Positions 9,972 through 19,387 of a DNA stretch of 64,000 nucleotides are shown in pieces (the stretch's first letter is position 1; each line of letters opens with the position of its first letter). The DNA is from Myxococcota bacterium (GTDB lineage Bacteria > Myxococcota_A > UBA9160 > SZUA-336). The stretch is taken from assembly GCA_965247115.1 (NCBI GenBank), contig CBDFGR010000003.1, positions 2,016,001 to 2,080,000 on the forward strand, given 5' to 3'. The notes beneath the pieces were generated by a model, which was not told the DNA's origin, did no database searches, and saw nothing but the letters and a program-made list of their open reading frames with translations. The translations under genes were made by a program, and so were the position numbers.

Positions 9972-10829
9972 CTATCCCCCTGGTCCGAACTGCGCCGCCA
10001 CGACCCTTTCGACTCCCGCGAGATCCTCGTGAATGTCCACTCTTGAGGCTCCGCGTTCCCACAGCAGCCTCTCGACGCTGCGCGCCTGATCGGCGCCGAC
10101 CTCGAGTGCGAGCCAGCCGGGACGTGCGAGGCGCTCGGGGGCCTCCTGGATCAATTGTCGCACGAGCGACAGCCCGTCGGGTCCGCCATCGAGCGCCGTT
10201 CTGGGCTCGCACTGCACCTCCGGAGCGAGCTCACCCAGCTCTCGAGTCGGGATATAGGGGGGGTTCGAGATGATCGCGTCGAACTCGCCAGCAAGCCCCG
10301 TCAGGTCGGTGGCGTGCCGCAGCTCCACGCGGGAGGACAGGCCGTGGAGCTCGAGGTTCTCGCCGGCTAACGCCAGCGCCTCCGGAGAGCTGTCGAGCGC
10401 GACGATCTGAACGTCGGGACGCTCGGTCGCGATGGCTGTAGCGACGCAGCCCGAGCCGGTCCCGACCTCGACCAATCGCTTCGCAGCGAGATCCAGTGCG
10501 ACACGCACGAGTGTCTCCGTCTCCGGCCTCGGAATCAGCACTGCTGGCGTGACCCGGAAGGACAGCGACCAGAACTCTCGAGTACCCGTCAGGTAGGCGA
10601 CCGGCACCCGCTCGCCGGCGCGGCGCTTCACGAGCTCGCGATAGCGAGCGCGCGGCCCGGCCGGCACGGGGCGGTCGAAGCCCAGGTAGAGATCGAGGCG
10701 GGTCCGTTCCAGCACGTGCGCCAGCAGCAGCTCGGCGTCGAGGCGTGGGGAGGGCAGGGCGTGCGTGCGAAAGTAGTCCGCCGTCCAGCGCACGAGCTCG
10801 AGCGGCGTCCAGCACTCCTCGCTTGCCAC
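9972..10829 (-). CDS. prmC: Release factor glutamine methyltransferase
   Basis: RLDAELLLAH, LIPRPETE, EVGTGSG, SNPPY; GTG overlaps the prfA stop (TAGTG). Confidence 0.95.
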   Translation of the reverse strand: MASEECWTPLELVRWTADYFRTHALPSPRLDAELLLAHVLERTRLDLYLGFDRPVPAGPRARYRELVKRRAGERVPVAYLTGTREFWSLSFRVTPAVLIPRPETETLVRVALDLAAKRLVEVGTGSGCVATAIATERPDVQIVALDSSPEALALAGENLELHGLSSRVELRHATDLTGLAGEFDAIISNPPYIPTRELGELAPEVQCEPRTALDGGPDGLSLVRQLIQEAPERLARPGWLALEVGADQARSVERLLWERGASRVDIHEDLAGVERVVAAQFGPGG

Positions 10830-11878
10830 TACGCTTCCGCCTCGAGTCGCAGACCGACCTGCTCGAGAAGCTCCTCCAGGTCCCCTTCGATCACCGTGTC
10901 GAGCTTGTGCATGGTCAAGCTGGCGCGATGATCGGTGATGCGATTCTGGGGAAAGTTGTAGGTCCGGATACGCTCGCTGCGTTCGCCCGTCCCGATCTGT
11001 CCGCGACGCTCCTGGGCGCGCTCGGCCGTGAGCCGTTGCTGTTCGAGATCGTACAGTCGCGAGCGCAGCACCTTCATCGCGCGAGCTTTGTTCTTGTGCT
11101 GGGACTTCTCGTCCTGACACGTGACCACGAGACCCGTCGGCAAGTGCGTGATCCGCACCGCCGAATCCGTGGTGTTCACGCTCTGCCCGCCAGGACCGGA
11201 GCTGCGGAAGATGTCGATGCGCAGGTCGCCGTCGGCGATGCGGACGTCGACCTCGGCCGCCTCGGGTAGGACGGCCACGGTGACGGTCGACGTGTGGATG
11301 CGCCCCTGTGACTCCGTGACCGGCACGCGCTGGACTCGGTGGACGCCGCTCTCGCGCTTGAGGGTGCCGTAGGCTCCGCCTCCGGAGATCTCGGCGATGA
11401 CCTCCTTCATGCCGCCGGCTTCGCTCTCCGAGACCGAGAGCAATTCCACCTTCCAGCCCCTGCCCTCGGCGTAGCGCGTGTACATGCGAAACAGCTCGCT
11501 GGCGAACAGGGTAGCCTCCGCTCCGCCCGTCCCGGCTCGGATCTCGAGGACGATGTTCCGGTGGTCGTCTGGATGCGTGGGTCTGAGCAGCTTCTTCAGC
11601 TCGGCCTCCAGGCTGGCGAGCTCGGCTTCCTGCTCGTCGAGCTCTTCCCTGGCCAGAGCGCTGATCTCCGGATCGGAGTCGTCGAGCAGAGCGCGACTGT
11701 CCTCGATCTGGGCCTGGACCGAGCAGTGCCGCCGGTAGGTCTCCACCCGGTCGCGCAGGCCGCTGAGCTCTTGATTCAGCTCCGCGAAGCGCTTCGGGTC
11801 GGAAGCCACCTCCGGCTGCCCGAGCTGCTCCTCGAGCTCCTCGTAGCGAGACAAAATCCCTTGCATCTGTTCAAGCAT
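10829..11878 (-). CDS. prfA: Peptide chain release factor 1
   Basis: [12 protein letters not shown] (PxT), [22 protein letters not shown]. Confidence 0.98.
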   Translation of the reverse strand: MLEQMQGILSRYEELEEQLGQPEVASDPKRFAELNQELSGLRDRVETYRRHCSVQAQIEDSRALLDDSDPEISALAREELDEQEAELASLEAELKKLLRPTHPDDHRNIVLEIRAGTGGAEATLFASELFRMYTRYAEGRGWKVELLSVSESEAGGMKEVIAEISGGGAYGTLKRESGVHRVQRVPVTESQGRIHTSTVTVAVLPEAAEVDVRIADGDLRIDIFRSSGPGGQSVNTTDSAVRITHLPTGLVVTCQDEKSQHKNKARAMKVLRSRLYDLEQQRLTAERAQERRGQIGTGERSERIRTYNFPQNRITDHRASLTMHKLDTVIEGDLEELLEQVGLRLEAEA

Positions 11879-11979
11879 ACGAGGCGACCCCGGTCCGTCT
11901 GCGGGGCAGCGGAACTCCGCTGGCAGTGGCTAGGCAGGCGCGCTGGTTGTGCGACGGTAGGGGTAAAACCCCACGTCGC

Positions 11980-12183
11980 TCAGTCCTTCTTCGCGTAGCG
12001 GCGCCGAAAACGCTCCACCTTCCCTGCCGTATCCACGATCTTCTGCTTCCCGGTGAAGAAGGGATGGCAGCTCGAGCAGATCTCGATCCGGATTTCCTCC
12101 TGCGTGGAGCGTGTCGAGAACTCGTTCCCGCACGCACAACGAACCTTTGCGTCGCCATACGTAGGATGAATATCCGGCTTCAT
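11980..12183 (-). CDS. rpmE: 50S ribosomal protein L31 (zinc-binding type)
   Basis: [31 protein letters not shown]. Confidence 0.97.
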   Translation of the reverse strand: MKPDIHPTYGDAKVRCACGNEFSTRSTQEEIRIEICSSCHPFFTGKQKIVDTAGKVERFRRRYAKKD

Positions 12184-12291
12184 GGAGCCGCCGAGCGTAG
12201 CCCACGCCACCCCCACCAGCCAGCTCGGCGCACCGTAGATCGTCAGGCCAGATGGGAGGGAAAAGGGGCCAGGCAGGGAGTCGGAGCGCTT

Positions 12292-13539
12292 CTAGGAGTT
12301 CATCGAAGCGATGAACTCTTCGTTGTCCTGGGTGTTCCGCATCTTGTCGATCAGGAACTCCATCGAATCCACCGTATTCAGGGGGTTCAGGACCTTCCGC
12401 AGCACCCAGATCTTGCTGACTGTCGCCTCGTCCATCAGGAGCTCCTCGCGCCGGGTCGAGCTCAGGTTGAGGTTGATCGCGGGGTAGGTGCGCCGATCCG
12501 CGAGCTTGCGATCCAGGTGGATCTCGCTGTTCCCCGTGCCCTTGAACTCCTCGAAGATGACCTCGTCCATACGCGATCCGGTGTCTACCAGCGCAGTGCC
12601 AACGATGGTCAAGCTACCACCCTCCTCTACGTTGCGCGCGGCGCCGAAGAAGCGCTTTGGCTTGTGGAGGGCGATGGCGTCGACGCCACCGGAGAGGATC
12701 TTTCCAGAGTGTGGCACGACCGTGTTGTGGGCGCGGGCCAGGCGCGTGATCGAGTCGAGCAGGATCACAACGTCGCGCTTGTGCTCTACAAGGCGCCGGG
12801 CCTTCTCGATCACCATCTCGGCCACCTGGACGTGCCGGGTCGCCGGCTCGTCAAAGGTTGACGAGACCACCTCCGCATTCGTGTTCCGCTGGAAGTCCGT
12901 CACCTCCTCCGGGCGCTCATCGATGAGCAGCACGATCACACACGCCTCGGGGTGGTTCTTGCAGATCGCGTTCGCAAGGTCTTGCAGGAGCATGGTCTTG
13001 CCGGCCTTTGGTGGCGAGACAATGAGCGCGCGCTGTCCCTTACCAATGGGGGCGAGCAGATCGACGATGCGCGTGGTGAGCTGACCGGGCGCTACCTCGA
13101 GATCGAAGCGCTCCAGCGGATAGAGCGGAGTCAGCGAGTCGAACTTGATGCAGCGACTCGCGACCTCGGGGGCTTCGAAGTTGACGCTGTTGACCTTGAG
13201 GAGCGCGAAGTATTTCTCCCCTTCCTTCGGCGGTCGGATCTGTCCATCCACGGTGACACCCGTCCGCAGGTTAAAGCGTCGGATCTGGGAGGGTGAGACG
13301 TAGATGTCGTCCGGACCCGGCAGGTAGTTGGCCTGGGCCGAGCGCAGGAACCCGTAGCCGTCCGGCATGCGCTCCAGCACGCCGTCGCCGAAGATCTCAC
13401 CGTTTCTCTTGGTCTCGGACTCGAGGATCGCGAAGAGCAGCTCTTGCTTGCCCCTGCCTCCGATCCCCTCGACACCGCTTGCTGTGGCGATCTCCGCGAG
13501 CTCGGTGACACTTTGTCGTTTCAGTTCCGAGAGGTTCAT
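12292..13539 (-). CDS. rho: Transcription termination factor Rho
   Basis: [46 protein letters not shown]. Confidence 0.98.
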   Translation of the reverse strand: MNLSELKRQSVTELAEIATASGVEGIGGRGKQELLFAILESETKRNGEIFGDGVLERMPDGYGFLRSAQANYLPGPDDIYVSPSQIRRFNLRTGVTVDGQIRPPKEGEKYFALLKVNSVNFEAPEVASRCIKFDSLTPLYPLERFDLEVAPGQLTTRIVDLLAPIGKGQRALIVSPPKAGKTMLLQDLANAICKNHPEACVIVLLIDERPEEVTDFQRNTNAEVVSSTFDEPATRHVQVAEMVIEKARRLVEHKRDVVILLDSITRLARAHNTVVPHSGKILSGGVDAIALHKPKRFFGAARNVEEGGSLTIVGTALVDTGSRMDEVIFEEFKGTGNSEIHLDRKLADRRTYPAINLNLSSTRREELLMDEATVSKIWVLRKVLNPLNTVDSMEFLIDKMRNTQDNEEFIASMNS

Positions 13540-13681
13540 CAAAGTTCCTTAGGCTCGAGAAAGAAGATGCCGGAGAGAGGGTCTCCGGAGCGCGAAAGAG
13601 CGCTGCCCGTCAAGATCAGGCGACCCACGGATCGGGATTCTCGCCACAGAAGTTGAGGAGTCGTGCCTCGCGTGTGCTCTA

Positions 13682-14326
13682 TCAAGACTGCGGCACGCGC
13701 ACCCAGTGCAGCATCCGACCGGCCCGGCCGTCGCGCCGGTAGCTGTAGTAGAGCGGCTCCGCACAGGCCGTGCAGCCTCCCACCCGCTCGATCCGATCGT
13801 CTCGGACACCGGCGCGCACGAGCTGCAACCGATTCAGCGCAAAGAGATCCAGCATGTAGTGACCGCTGCGTTTGGATGGGGAAAAGACGGAGGCTTCGTC
13901 AATCCGCTCCCGGACCGGCTGATCAATCTCGTAGCAACACGGTCCGATGTGCGGACCTACAGCAACAACGAGCTCGGATGGCTCGAGCCCGGACGCCCGG
14001 GCGAGCTCTTTGACCGTGCGCTCCGCTATGCCCGCTGCACTCCCCCGCCAGCCAGCGTGGACCGCCACCGCCACCGGAGCGTCCGTCGAGACCAGCAGCA
14101 GGGGAACACAGTCTGCAGTCACGACCCCGACCGCCACACCCGGCTCATTGCTCCAGAGCGCGTCTGCTTCTGTCTCGGAACCGGGCGCCTGCACGAGCGC
14201 CGTACCGTGTACTTGCTTGCGCGTGATGAGCCCGGGGACAGAAGCAGCACCGGAGCGACGCGTTCCAAAGCCGTGGTCCACGCCGAGGTCCCGAAGCCGA
14301 CTCGAGCTCTGGAAGGTCGGGATCAC
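13682..14326 (-). CDS. pgeF: PgeF/YfiH laccase-domain (purine nucleoside phosphorylase-like) protein
   Basis: KQVHG, TADCVP, HAGWRG, GPHIGPCCYE, YSYRR; directly downstream of rluD. Confidence 0.92.
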   Translation of the reverse strand: MIPTFQSSSRLRDLGVDHGFGTRRSGAASVPGLITRKQVHGTALVQAPGSETEADALWSNEPGVAVGVVTADCVPLLLVSTDAPVAVAVHAGWRGSAAGIAERTVKELARASGLEPSELVVAVGPHIGPCCYEIDQPVRERIDEASVFSPSKRSGHYMLDLFALNRLQLVRAGVRDDRIERVGGCTACAEPLYYSYRRDGRAGRMLHWVRVPQS

Positions 14327-15243
14327 GATCGCTCCTGGCTCTCGATCACGCGGGCCAGGTCTTCCGGCAGGCGGGAGGCGAAGCGCAAACGCTCGCCCGT
14401 GCGGGGGTGCTCGAAGCCCAGCTGGACGGCGTGGAGCGCCTGGCGTCCAAGTCCCGCCTCCCGCGCTTCCTTCTTTCCTCCCCCGTAGACGGGATCACCC
14501 AGCACGGGGAGACCGATCGAGGCCAGGTGTACGCGGATCTGGTGCGTACGTCCCGTCTCCAGGCGCAGGCGGAGCAGGGTGAGGTCGCCCAGGCGCCGCT
14601 CCACGGCCCAGTGGGTCACGGCCGTCCGCCCCGTGCGGGCCCGCGTGCTGAAGCGCTTGCGATCGCTGGGATGCCGCCCGATCGCAGCGTCGACGGAGCC
14701 GCGCTGCGGACCGGGCTGTCCGCGCACGAGCGCCAGGTACTCGCGCTCGGTCGAGTGCTCTTTGAACTGCCGAGCCAGCCCGTTGTGCGCCAGATCGTTC
14801 TTGGCGGCGACCAGCAAGCCCGACGTGCCCTTGTCCAGGCGGTGGACGATCCCCGGCCGCCGCACGCCACCCACGCCGGAGAGCCCTCTGCAGTGGTACA
14901 AGAGGGCGTTCACGAGCGTTCCACTGGGTACGCCCGCTGCAGGATGCACGACAAGACCAGCGGGTTTGTCGACCACGATCAAGTCGTCGTCCTCGAAGAC
15001 GATCTCGAGCGGGATGGGCTCGGGGGTCAGCTCCGCTTCCACGGGCTCGGGCACGCGACCCTCGATCCGCTCTCCTCGTCGGAGCCGGTGCGCAGGCTTG
15101 ACCTGCTCGTTCGAGACGCGAACGTGACCACTCTCGATCAGGCGGCGAACCTGGGCGCGAGAGAGCTCGGATTCCAGCGCCGCGAGCACGGTGTCGAGGC
15201 GCTTGCCCTCCAGGTCCGCGGTCACTTCGTGTCGGAAGCTCAC
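14323..15243 (-). CDS. rluD: RluA/RluD family 23S rRNA pseudouridine synthase
   Basis: N-terminal S4 domain, KPAGLVVHP, GIVHRLDKGTSG, LETGRTHQIRVH. Confidence 0.93.
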   Translation of the reverse strand: MSFRHEVTADLEGKRLDTVLAALESELSRAQVRRLIESGHVRVSNEQVKPAHRLRRGERIEGRVPEPVEAELTPEPIPLEIVFEDDDLIVVDKPAGLVVHPAAGVPSGTLVNALLYHCRGLSGVGGVRRPGIVHRLDKGTSGLLVAAKNDLAHNGLARQFKEHSTEREYLALVRGQPGPQRGSVDAAIGRHPSDRKRFSTRARTGRTAVTHWAVERRLGDLTLLRLRLETGRTHQIRVHLASIGLPVLGDPVYGGGKKEAREAGLGRQALHAVQLGFEHPRTGERLRFASRLPEDLARVIESQERS

Positions 15244-15506
15244 CAGATATGAGTAGCGACCTGTCGGTTCCGATAGATCAGCACGTCCACCAGGGCGTGT
15301 AGGAAGATACGTTCCCGATCGGGAAGGGAAGGCGCCACCTGGTGAGTGTAGAACACCCTCGCCTGCTCGATCTCGACGGCGACGCGGTCCAGCAAGTCGT
15401 CCTTCTCGAGACCGATGCGGATCTCATCCCCCGCGTACGCCACCAGGTCCGAGAAGAGCGCGCGGGCCAGGAGGTTCGCGCGCCGCGCTTCGACGATCGC
15501 AGCCAT
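15240..15506 (-). CDS. Small helical hypothetical protein (88 aa)
   Basis: Translationally coupled to both neighbours (start/stop overlaps); plausible composition. Confidence 0.75.
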   Translation of the reverse strand: MAAIVEARRANLLARALFSDLVAYAGDEIRIGLEKDDLLDRVAVEIEQARVFYTHQVAPSLPDRERIFLHALVDVLIYRNRQVATHIW

Positions 15507-16129
15507 CAGCCAGAGCCGCCTGAAGCGCCGCTGTACCCGTTCATGTAGCTATCAGCCACCTCGATGGGATCGAGGCCAAGGCACTTTGCGACCTCCTTGA
15601 CGAAGCCCCGCACGTACACGTCGCTCGGCAGATCGTCGTAGCGGTTCGCCTCTACATTCTTGAGATAGTACGGGTTCACCTTGGTGATGGTGGCGATCTC
15701 CTCGAGCTCTATCCCCAGCTCGAGCCGGATGCGCCGCAACACTGCACCATCGTAGACGCCGTCCTCTGGCTCCAGGGCCTCATCGACCTCGAGCGCCTCC
15801 GAGCGCAGCGGCTCGCCTCTCCAGATGGTTTCCGGCTCCGCGACGCTCTCGGGCGGCTGCGCTTCGGGCTGGGGACGCTGCTGCTCCTCGCGCCTGAGTT
15901 TGGCATCGTACTCGCGACGCATCCGCGTGTCGGAGAGCACCCCGTACGCCTCCTCCACACGACGGAGAATCGCGGCGGACTCCTGCTCCGAGAATACGGA
16001 GTACGTGGCGATCGAGGTCGGCTCGTAGGTGGCGCGGGCGATCCGGTAGGCCCGTTCGAGCTGGCGCTCGGTGCCGTCCTGCGACACCTCCAGTAGCTCG
16101 TAGTGGTTCTGCTCGAGGAGGGGTCTCAC
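15506..16129 (-). CDS. Degenerate J-domain fused to a RodZ-like helix-turn-helix
   Basis: NHYELLEV..AY.VLSD..R.EYD J-like N-terminus without HPD; GAVLRRIR..GIELEEIA..TK..YL..VE..YVRGF HTH C-terminus. Confidence 0.8.
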   Translation of the reverse strand: MRPLLEQNHYELLEVSQDGTERQLERAYRIARATYEPTSIATYSVFSEQESAAILRRVEEAYGVLSDTRMRREYDAKLRREEQQRPQPEAQPPESVAEPETIWRGEPLRSEALEVDEALEPEDGVYDGAVLRRIRLELGIELEEIATITKVNPYYLKNVEANRYDDLPSDVYVRGFVKEVAKCLGLDPIEVADSYMNGYSGASGGSG

Positions 16130-16132
16130 GGC

Positions 16133-17113
16133 TCAGCCTCCAAGCAGCTTCTTGACGATTCGTCGCAGGTACAGAGCCGCGTCGGAGCGCGGATGGCCCA
16201 GCACCAACGGGCGCCGGTCCTTGACGGAGCGCCAGACGTGGTCGTCGTAGTTGATATAGCCTACGTAGTCTGCCTCCACGCCAAAGTACTTCCGGCACAC
16301 GCTGCACACCGAGAAGCCCATCTTGACCTCTTCGGGGCTGCGGACCTGGTTCATAATGAGCTTCGGCCGGAAATCCTCAAGCAGCTTGCGAAAGCGCTCG
16401 CCCTCCTCCACGTCGAGTGCCTCGATCTCACGCAGCAAGTCTACGGGCGTCTTGATCCCGCGGTCGTTGCGCTGGTCCATGGCAACGCGCACGACCTCGC
16501 GCACCGGCGACGTCTGCATGCCGTAGGCCAGGTTGCGGAAGAAGGCTGCGCGCAGAAAAGCGTAGGCGTTCTCGATCGCAGTCGGCTCCGGAGTCGTCAC
16601 GAGGAAGCCGTCGTCGGCTTCAATAAAAAAGTCGACGGTGGAGCGATCGCATCCGGCCGCGAGATCGAATACGACCAGATCGGCCGGCAGCTTGCGCACC
16701 GCTTCGATCAGGCGTGCGCGTTGCTGCCTGGTGGTCTCCGCCTTGCCCGTGTGGCCGAGGGTTCCGAGGATCAGCCGCAGGCCCGGGATCGGCGTCTCGA
16801 GGGCAGCCTTGTCGAGATCCGCAATGCGGTCTTCGAAGTAGTCCGACAGGTTTACGCGCTGGCCACCGCGCACGCCGAGGCACGTGTGAAGATTGGCTCC
16901 GCCCAGATCCGCGTCGATCAGGATGACCCGACGACCGGTCCGCGCGACCACGGTCGACAGGTTCGCGCTGATGAACGTCTTGCCGATGCCGCCCTTGCCC
17001 CCGCCGATCGCCCAAACGCGAGCGGATGCGTCACGAGGAGACCCATGGCGCTCGCCGCGATCGGGCTCCTGCCGCCTAGCTCTTAGCCAGCTCGGTGTTC
17101 CGGTAAGACGCAT
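16133..17113 (-). CDS. MinD/FlhG(FleN)-like P-loop ATPase
   Basis: GGGKGGIGKT, IDADLGGANLH, VTTPEPTAIENAY; start uncertain. Confidence 0.88.
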   Translation of the reverse strand: MRLTGTPSWLRARRQEPDRGERHGSPRDASARVWAIGGGKGGIGKTFISANLSTVVARTGRRVILIDADLGGANLHTCLGVRGGQRVNLSDYFEDRIADLDKAALETPIPGLRLILGTLGHTGKAETTRQQRARLIEAVRKLPADLVVFDLAAGCDRSTVDFFIEADDGFLVTTPEPTAIENAYAFLRAAFFRNLAYGMQTSPVREVVRVAMDQRNDRGIKTPVDLLREIEALDVEEGERFRKLLEDFRPKLIMNQVRSPEEVKMGFSVCSVCRKYFGVEADYVGYINYDDHVWRSVKDRRPLVLGHPRSDAALYLRRIVKKLLGG

Positions 17114-17675
17114 CGACTATCGAAAGAAAGGGTTTCCATTCGGGGTAGTCGCGGCGTCCGGTCAGCGTGGCGGCAATCGGTGTCCAACGCGGTTTGACCG
17201 GGGTCCGGATCAGACGCATGGCGGCCTGCTTGGGCGTGCGCCCGCCCTTGCGCCGGTTGCACTCGACGCAGCTGCACACGACGTTTTCCCACGTGCTCCT
17301 ACCCCCCTGAGCTCGCGGCACGACGTGGTCGAGGTTCAGCTGCGACCGTACGTAGCGCCCAGCACAATACTGGCACGTATTGCGGTCTCGTGCGTAGATA
17401 TTCGTACGGCTGAAGCGCACATGTCTGCGCGGGACGCGATCGAAGGCGGCCAGCAGGATCACCCGCGGCACGCGGATCGCTCCCCCCACGATTCCGATCG
17501 CGTCATACCCGTCACCAACTTCCAGCTCCCGCCAGGACAGGAAGTCAAACGCCTCGTAGCGCTCGTCGACGGCCTTCGCCATTCCTCTGTAGAGCAGCAC
17601 GAAGGCCCGCTGAACCGAAGTAACGTGAATCGGCAAGTAAGACCGGTTCAGCACGAGTACGGGCGCGTCCAGCAT
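17076..17675 (-). CDS. Stand-alone HNH endonuclease
   Basis: VLVLN.SY.P, RD..TCQYC, LDHVVPRAQGG.STWENVVCSC..CN..KG. Confidence 0.9.
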   Translation of the reverse strand: MLDAPVLVLNRSYLPIHVTSVQRAFVLLYRGMAKAVDERYEAFDFLSWRELEVGDGYDAIGIVGGAIRVPRVILLAAFDRVPRRHVRFSRTNIYARDRNTCQYCAGRYVRSQLNLDHVVPRAQGGRSTWENVVCSCVECNRRKGGRTPKQAAMRLIRTPVKPRWTPIAATLTGRRDYPEWKPFLSIVDASYRNTELAKS

Positions 17676-17706
17676 TGAAAAAGCTTAGCTGCAATGGCTC
17701 TGGCCA

Positions 17707-19086
17707 TCAAACGGCGTCAAGAGACTCGAATGCCTTCGCAACCTCTGCGACGTCGTCGTCACTGAGCGTCCGCGGATCGAGCAGGATGACGTCTCGCTGC
17801 ACGCGCACCAGCACGGGCGGGTCGGCGCCGCGCAATCCGCGCGCGATCGCATCGGCCGAACCTGCCGGGGTGACCCGGACCACCACTCCGGGCAACTCCA
17901 CGTCGGGGAGCGCGCCACCACCGACGGGCGCACTGCCGCGCTCGACGGCTACGGGACAGGCGGTCGACTGCTCCAGGGCCCTGGCAAGCCGCTCTGCGCG
18001 CGCCTGCAGCTCGTCTCCGGTCGCAAGGAGCATGGCGACCACGGGGATCTCCCGCTCCCGACCGTCGAGGAGCGCGCTCAAGGTCCAGTGAAGCGCTGCG
18101 AGCGTCATCTTGTCGATGCGCAGCGCGCGGGCCAGCGGGCTGCTGCGCATGCGCTCGATCAGGTCACGCCGACCCAGGGCGATGCCGGCCTGCGGCCCTC
18201 CCAGCAGCTTGTCACCGCTGAACAGGACGAGGTCCGCCCCCTCTCGCAAACCCGACCAGACCTCGGGTTCCGGCACGCCCGCGGAGCGCAAGTCGACGAA
18301 AGTCCCGCTGCCCCGGTCTTCTACCACGGGGATGCCGTGCTCCGCCCCCAACCTGGCGAGCTCCGCGATCGACACCTCCGCCGTGAATCCCTCGACCCGG
18401 AAGTTGCTCTTGTGGACCTTGAGCAGGAGCCCGGTCCGCTCGCCGATCGCCTGTGCGTAGTCGCGTGGGTGGGTGCGATTCGTAGTGCCGACCTCGCGCA
18501 GCTCGGCCCGGCTCGATGCCATGATCTCGGGCACGCGAAACGAGCCGCCGATCTCGACCATCTCTCCCCGGGAGAGCACGACCTCGCGGCCCGCAGCGAG
18601 TGCGTCTACAGCCAGCAGCAGCGCAGCCGCGGTGTTGTTGACCACCAGGGCCGCCTCGGCACCGGACAACAGGCCCAGCAGCCGGCCCACCTGCTCCTGG
18701 CGCGAGCCGCGTGCGCCGGTGTCGAGGTCGAGCTCCAGATCGGAATACGCCGTGACGGAGCGTTCGAGCTCCGCCAGCGCCTGCCTTGCCAGGGGGGCCC
18801 GACCCAGATTCGTATGCAGGACGATGCCTGTGGCATTTAACACACGTCTCGGCGACGGGTGCACGAGCTGCTCCGCATAGTGTCGGGTCTGGCGGCACAG
18901 CGACTCCAGACCGAGATCGACGGAGAGGCCTTCTAGAGCCTTCGCACGCACCTCGGAGAGGGCGTTTCGGGCCCCCTCGAGGAGGCACCAACGAGGCAAT
19001 TTCGTATCTAGTCCAGCTACTTCCACCAGCCTATCCACAGAGGGAAGGTGGCGGAGCTGCGCATTGACCCCGCTGGGCACGTCCAC
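17707..19086 (-). CDS. selA: L-seryl-tRNA(Sec) selenium transferase
   Basis: NATGIVLHTNLGRA, VNNTAAA, SRGEMVEIGGSFR, FSGDKLLGGPQAG. Confidence 0.96.
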   Translation of the reverse strand: MDVPSGVNAQLRHLPSVDRLVEVAGLDTKLPRWCLLEGARNALSEVRAKALEGLSVDLGLESLCRQTRHYAEQLVHPSPRRVLNATGIVLHTNLGRAPLARQALAELERSVTAYSDLELDLDTGARGSRQEQVGRLLGLLSGAEAALVVNNTAAALLLAVDALAAGREVVLSRGEMVEIGGSFRVPEIMASSRAELREVGTTNRTHPRDYAQAIGERTGLLLKVHKSNFRVEGFTAEVSIAELARLGAEHGIPVVEDRGSGTFVDLRSAGVPEPEVWSGLREGADLVLFSGDKLLGGPQAGIALGRRDLIERMRSSPLARALRIDKMTLAALHWTLSALLDGREREIPVVAMLLATGDELQARAERLARALEQSTACPVAVERGSAPVGGGALPDVELPGVVVRVTPAGSADAIARGLRGADPPVLVRVQRDVILLDPRTLSDDDVAEVAKAFESLDAV

Positions 19087-19387
19087 TAGTGTGTCGAGAC
19101 CAAGATCCGTCTCACGGCGTGGGAAAATTCCATCTTATCGGAGCCTCCGCCAGCGGATCGGGAAATTCCAAGCGTCAGGGCAACCGGCGGGCAGCAATGG
19201 CCGCGGCTACGCCCGCACTCACCTGATCCGGAGCTCATACAGCGTTCTGCTTCTATACAGCTAGCCGACACGCCCGACCTGGCAGCCGCCGCGCCAGCAC
19301 CGCTCGATGCGGCATCCCTCGATGCCGTATCGCTCGATCTGCGCCGCGCCTGCGGGGACGTGGAGCCGGATTCCGAAAGGCTTCTCA

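Noticed and set aside
17076..17675. HNH protein as an IscB/Cas9-like or anti-phage effector
   Set aside because: No RuvC or bridge helix and no adjacent ncRNA or methylase; it is a common stand-alone HNH in a core operon.
17707..19086. Nearby selenoprotein with an in-frame TGA
   Set aside because: I saw no gene in the window that appears interrupted by TGA at a conserved Cys position; not exhaustively tested.
19087..19387. RNase P RNA, tmRNA or 6S RNA in the long intergenic region
   Set aside because: No GAGGAAAGTCC or AGAACCCGGCTTA motifs and no tRNA-like ends were seen.
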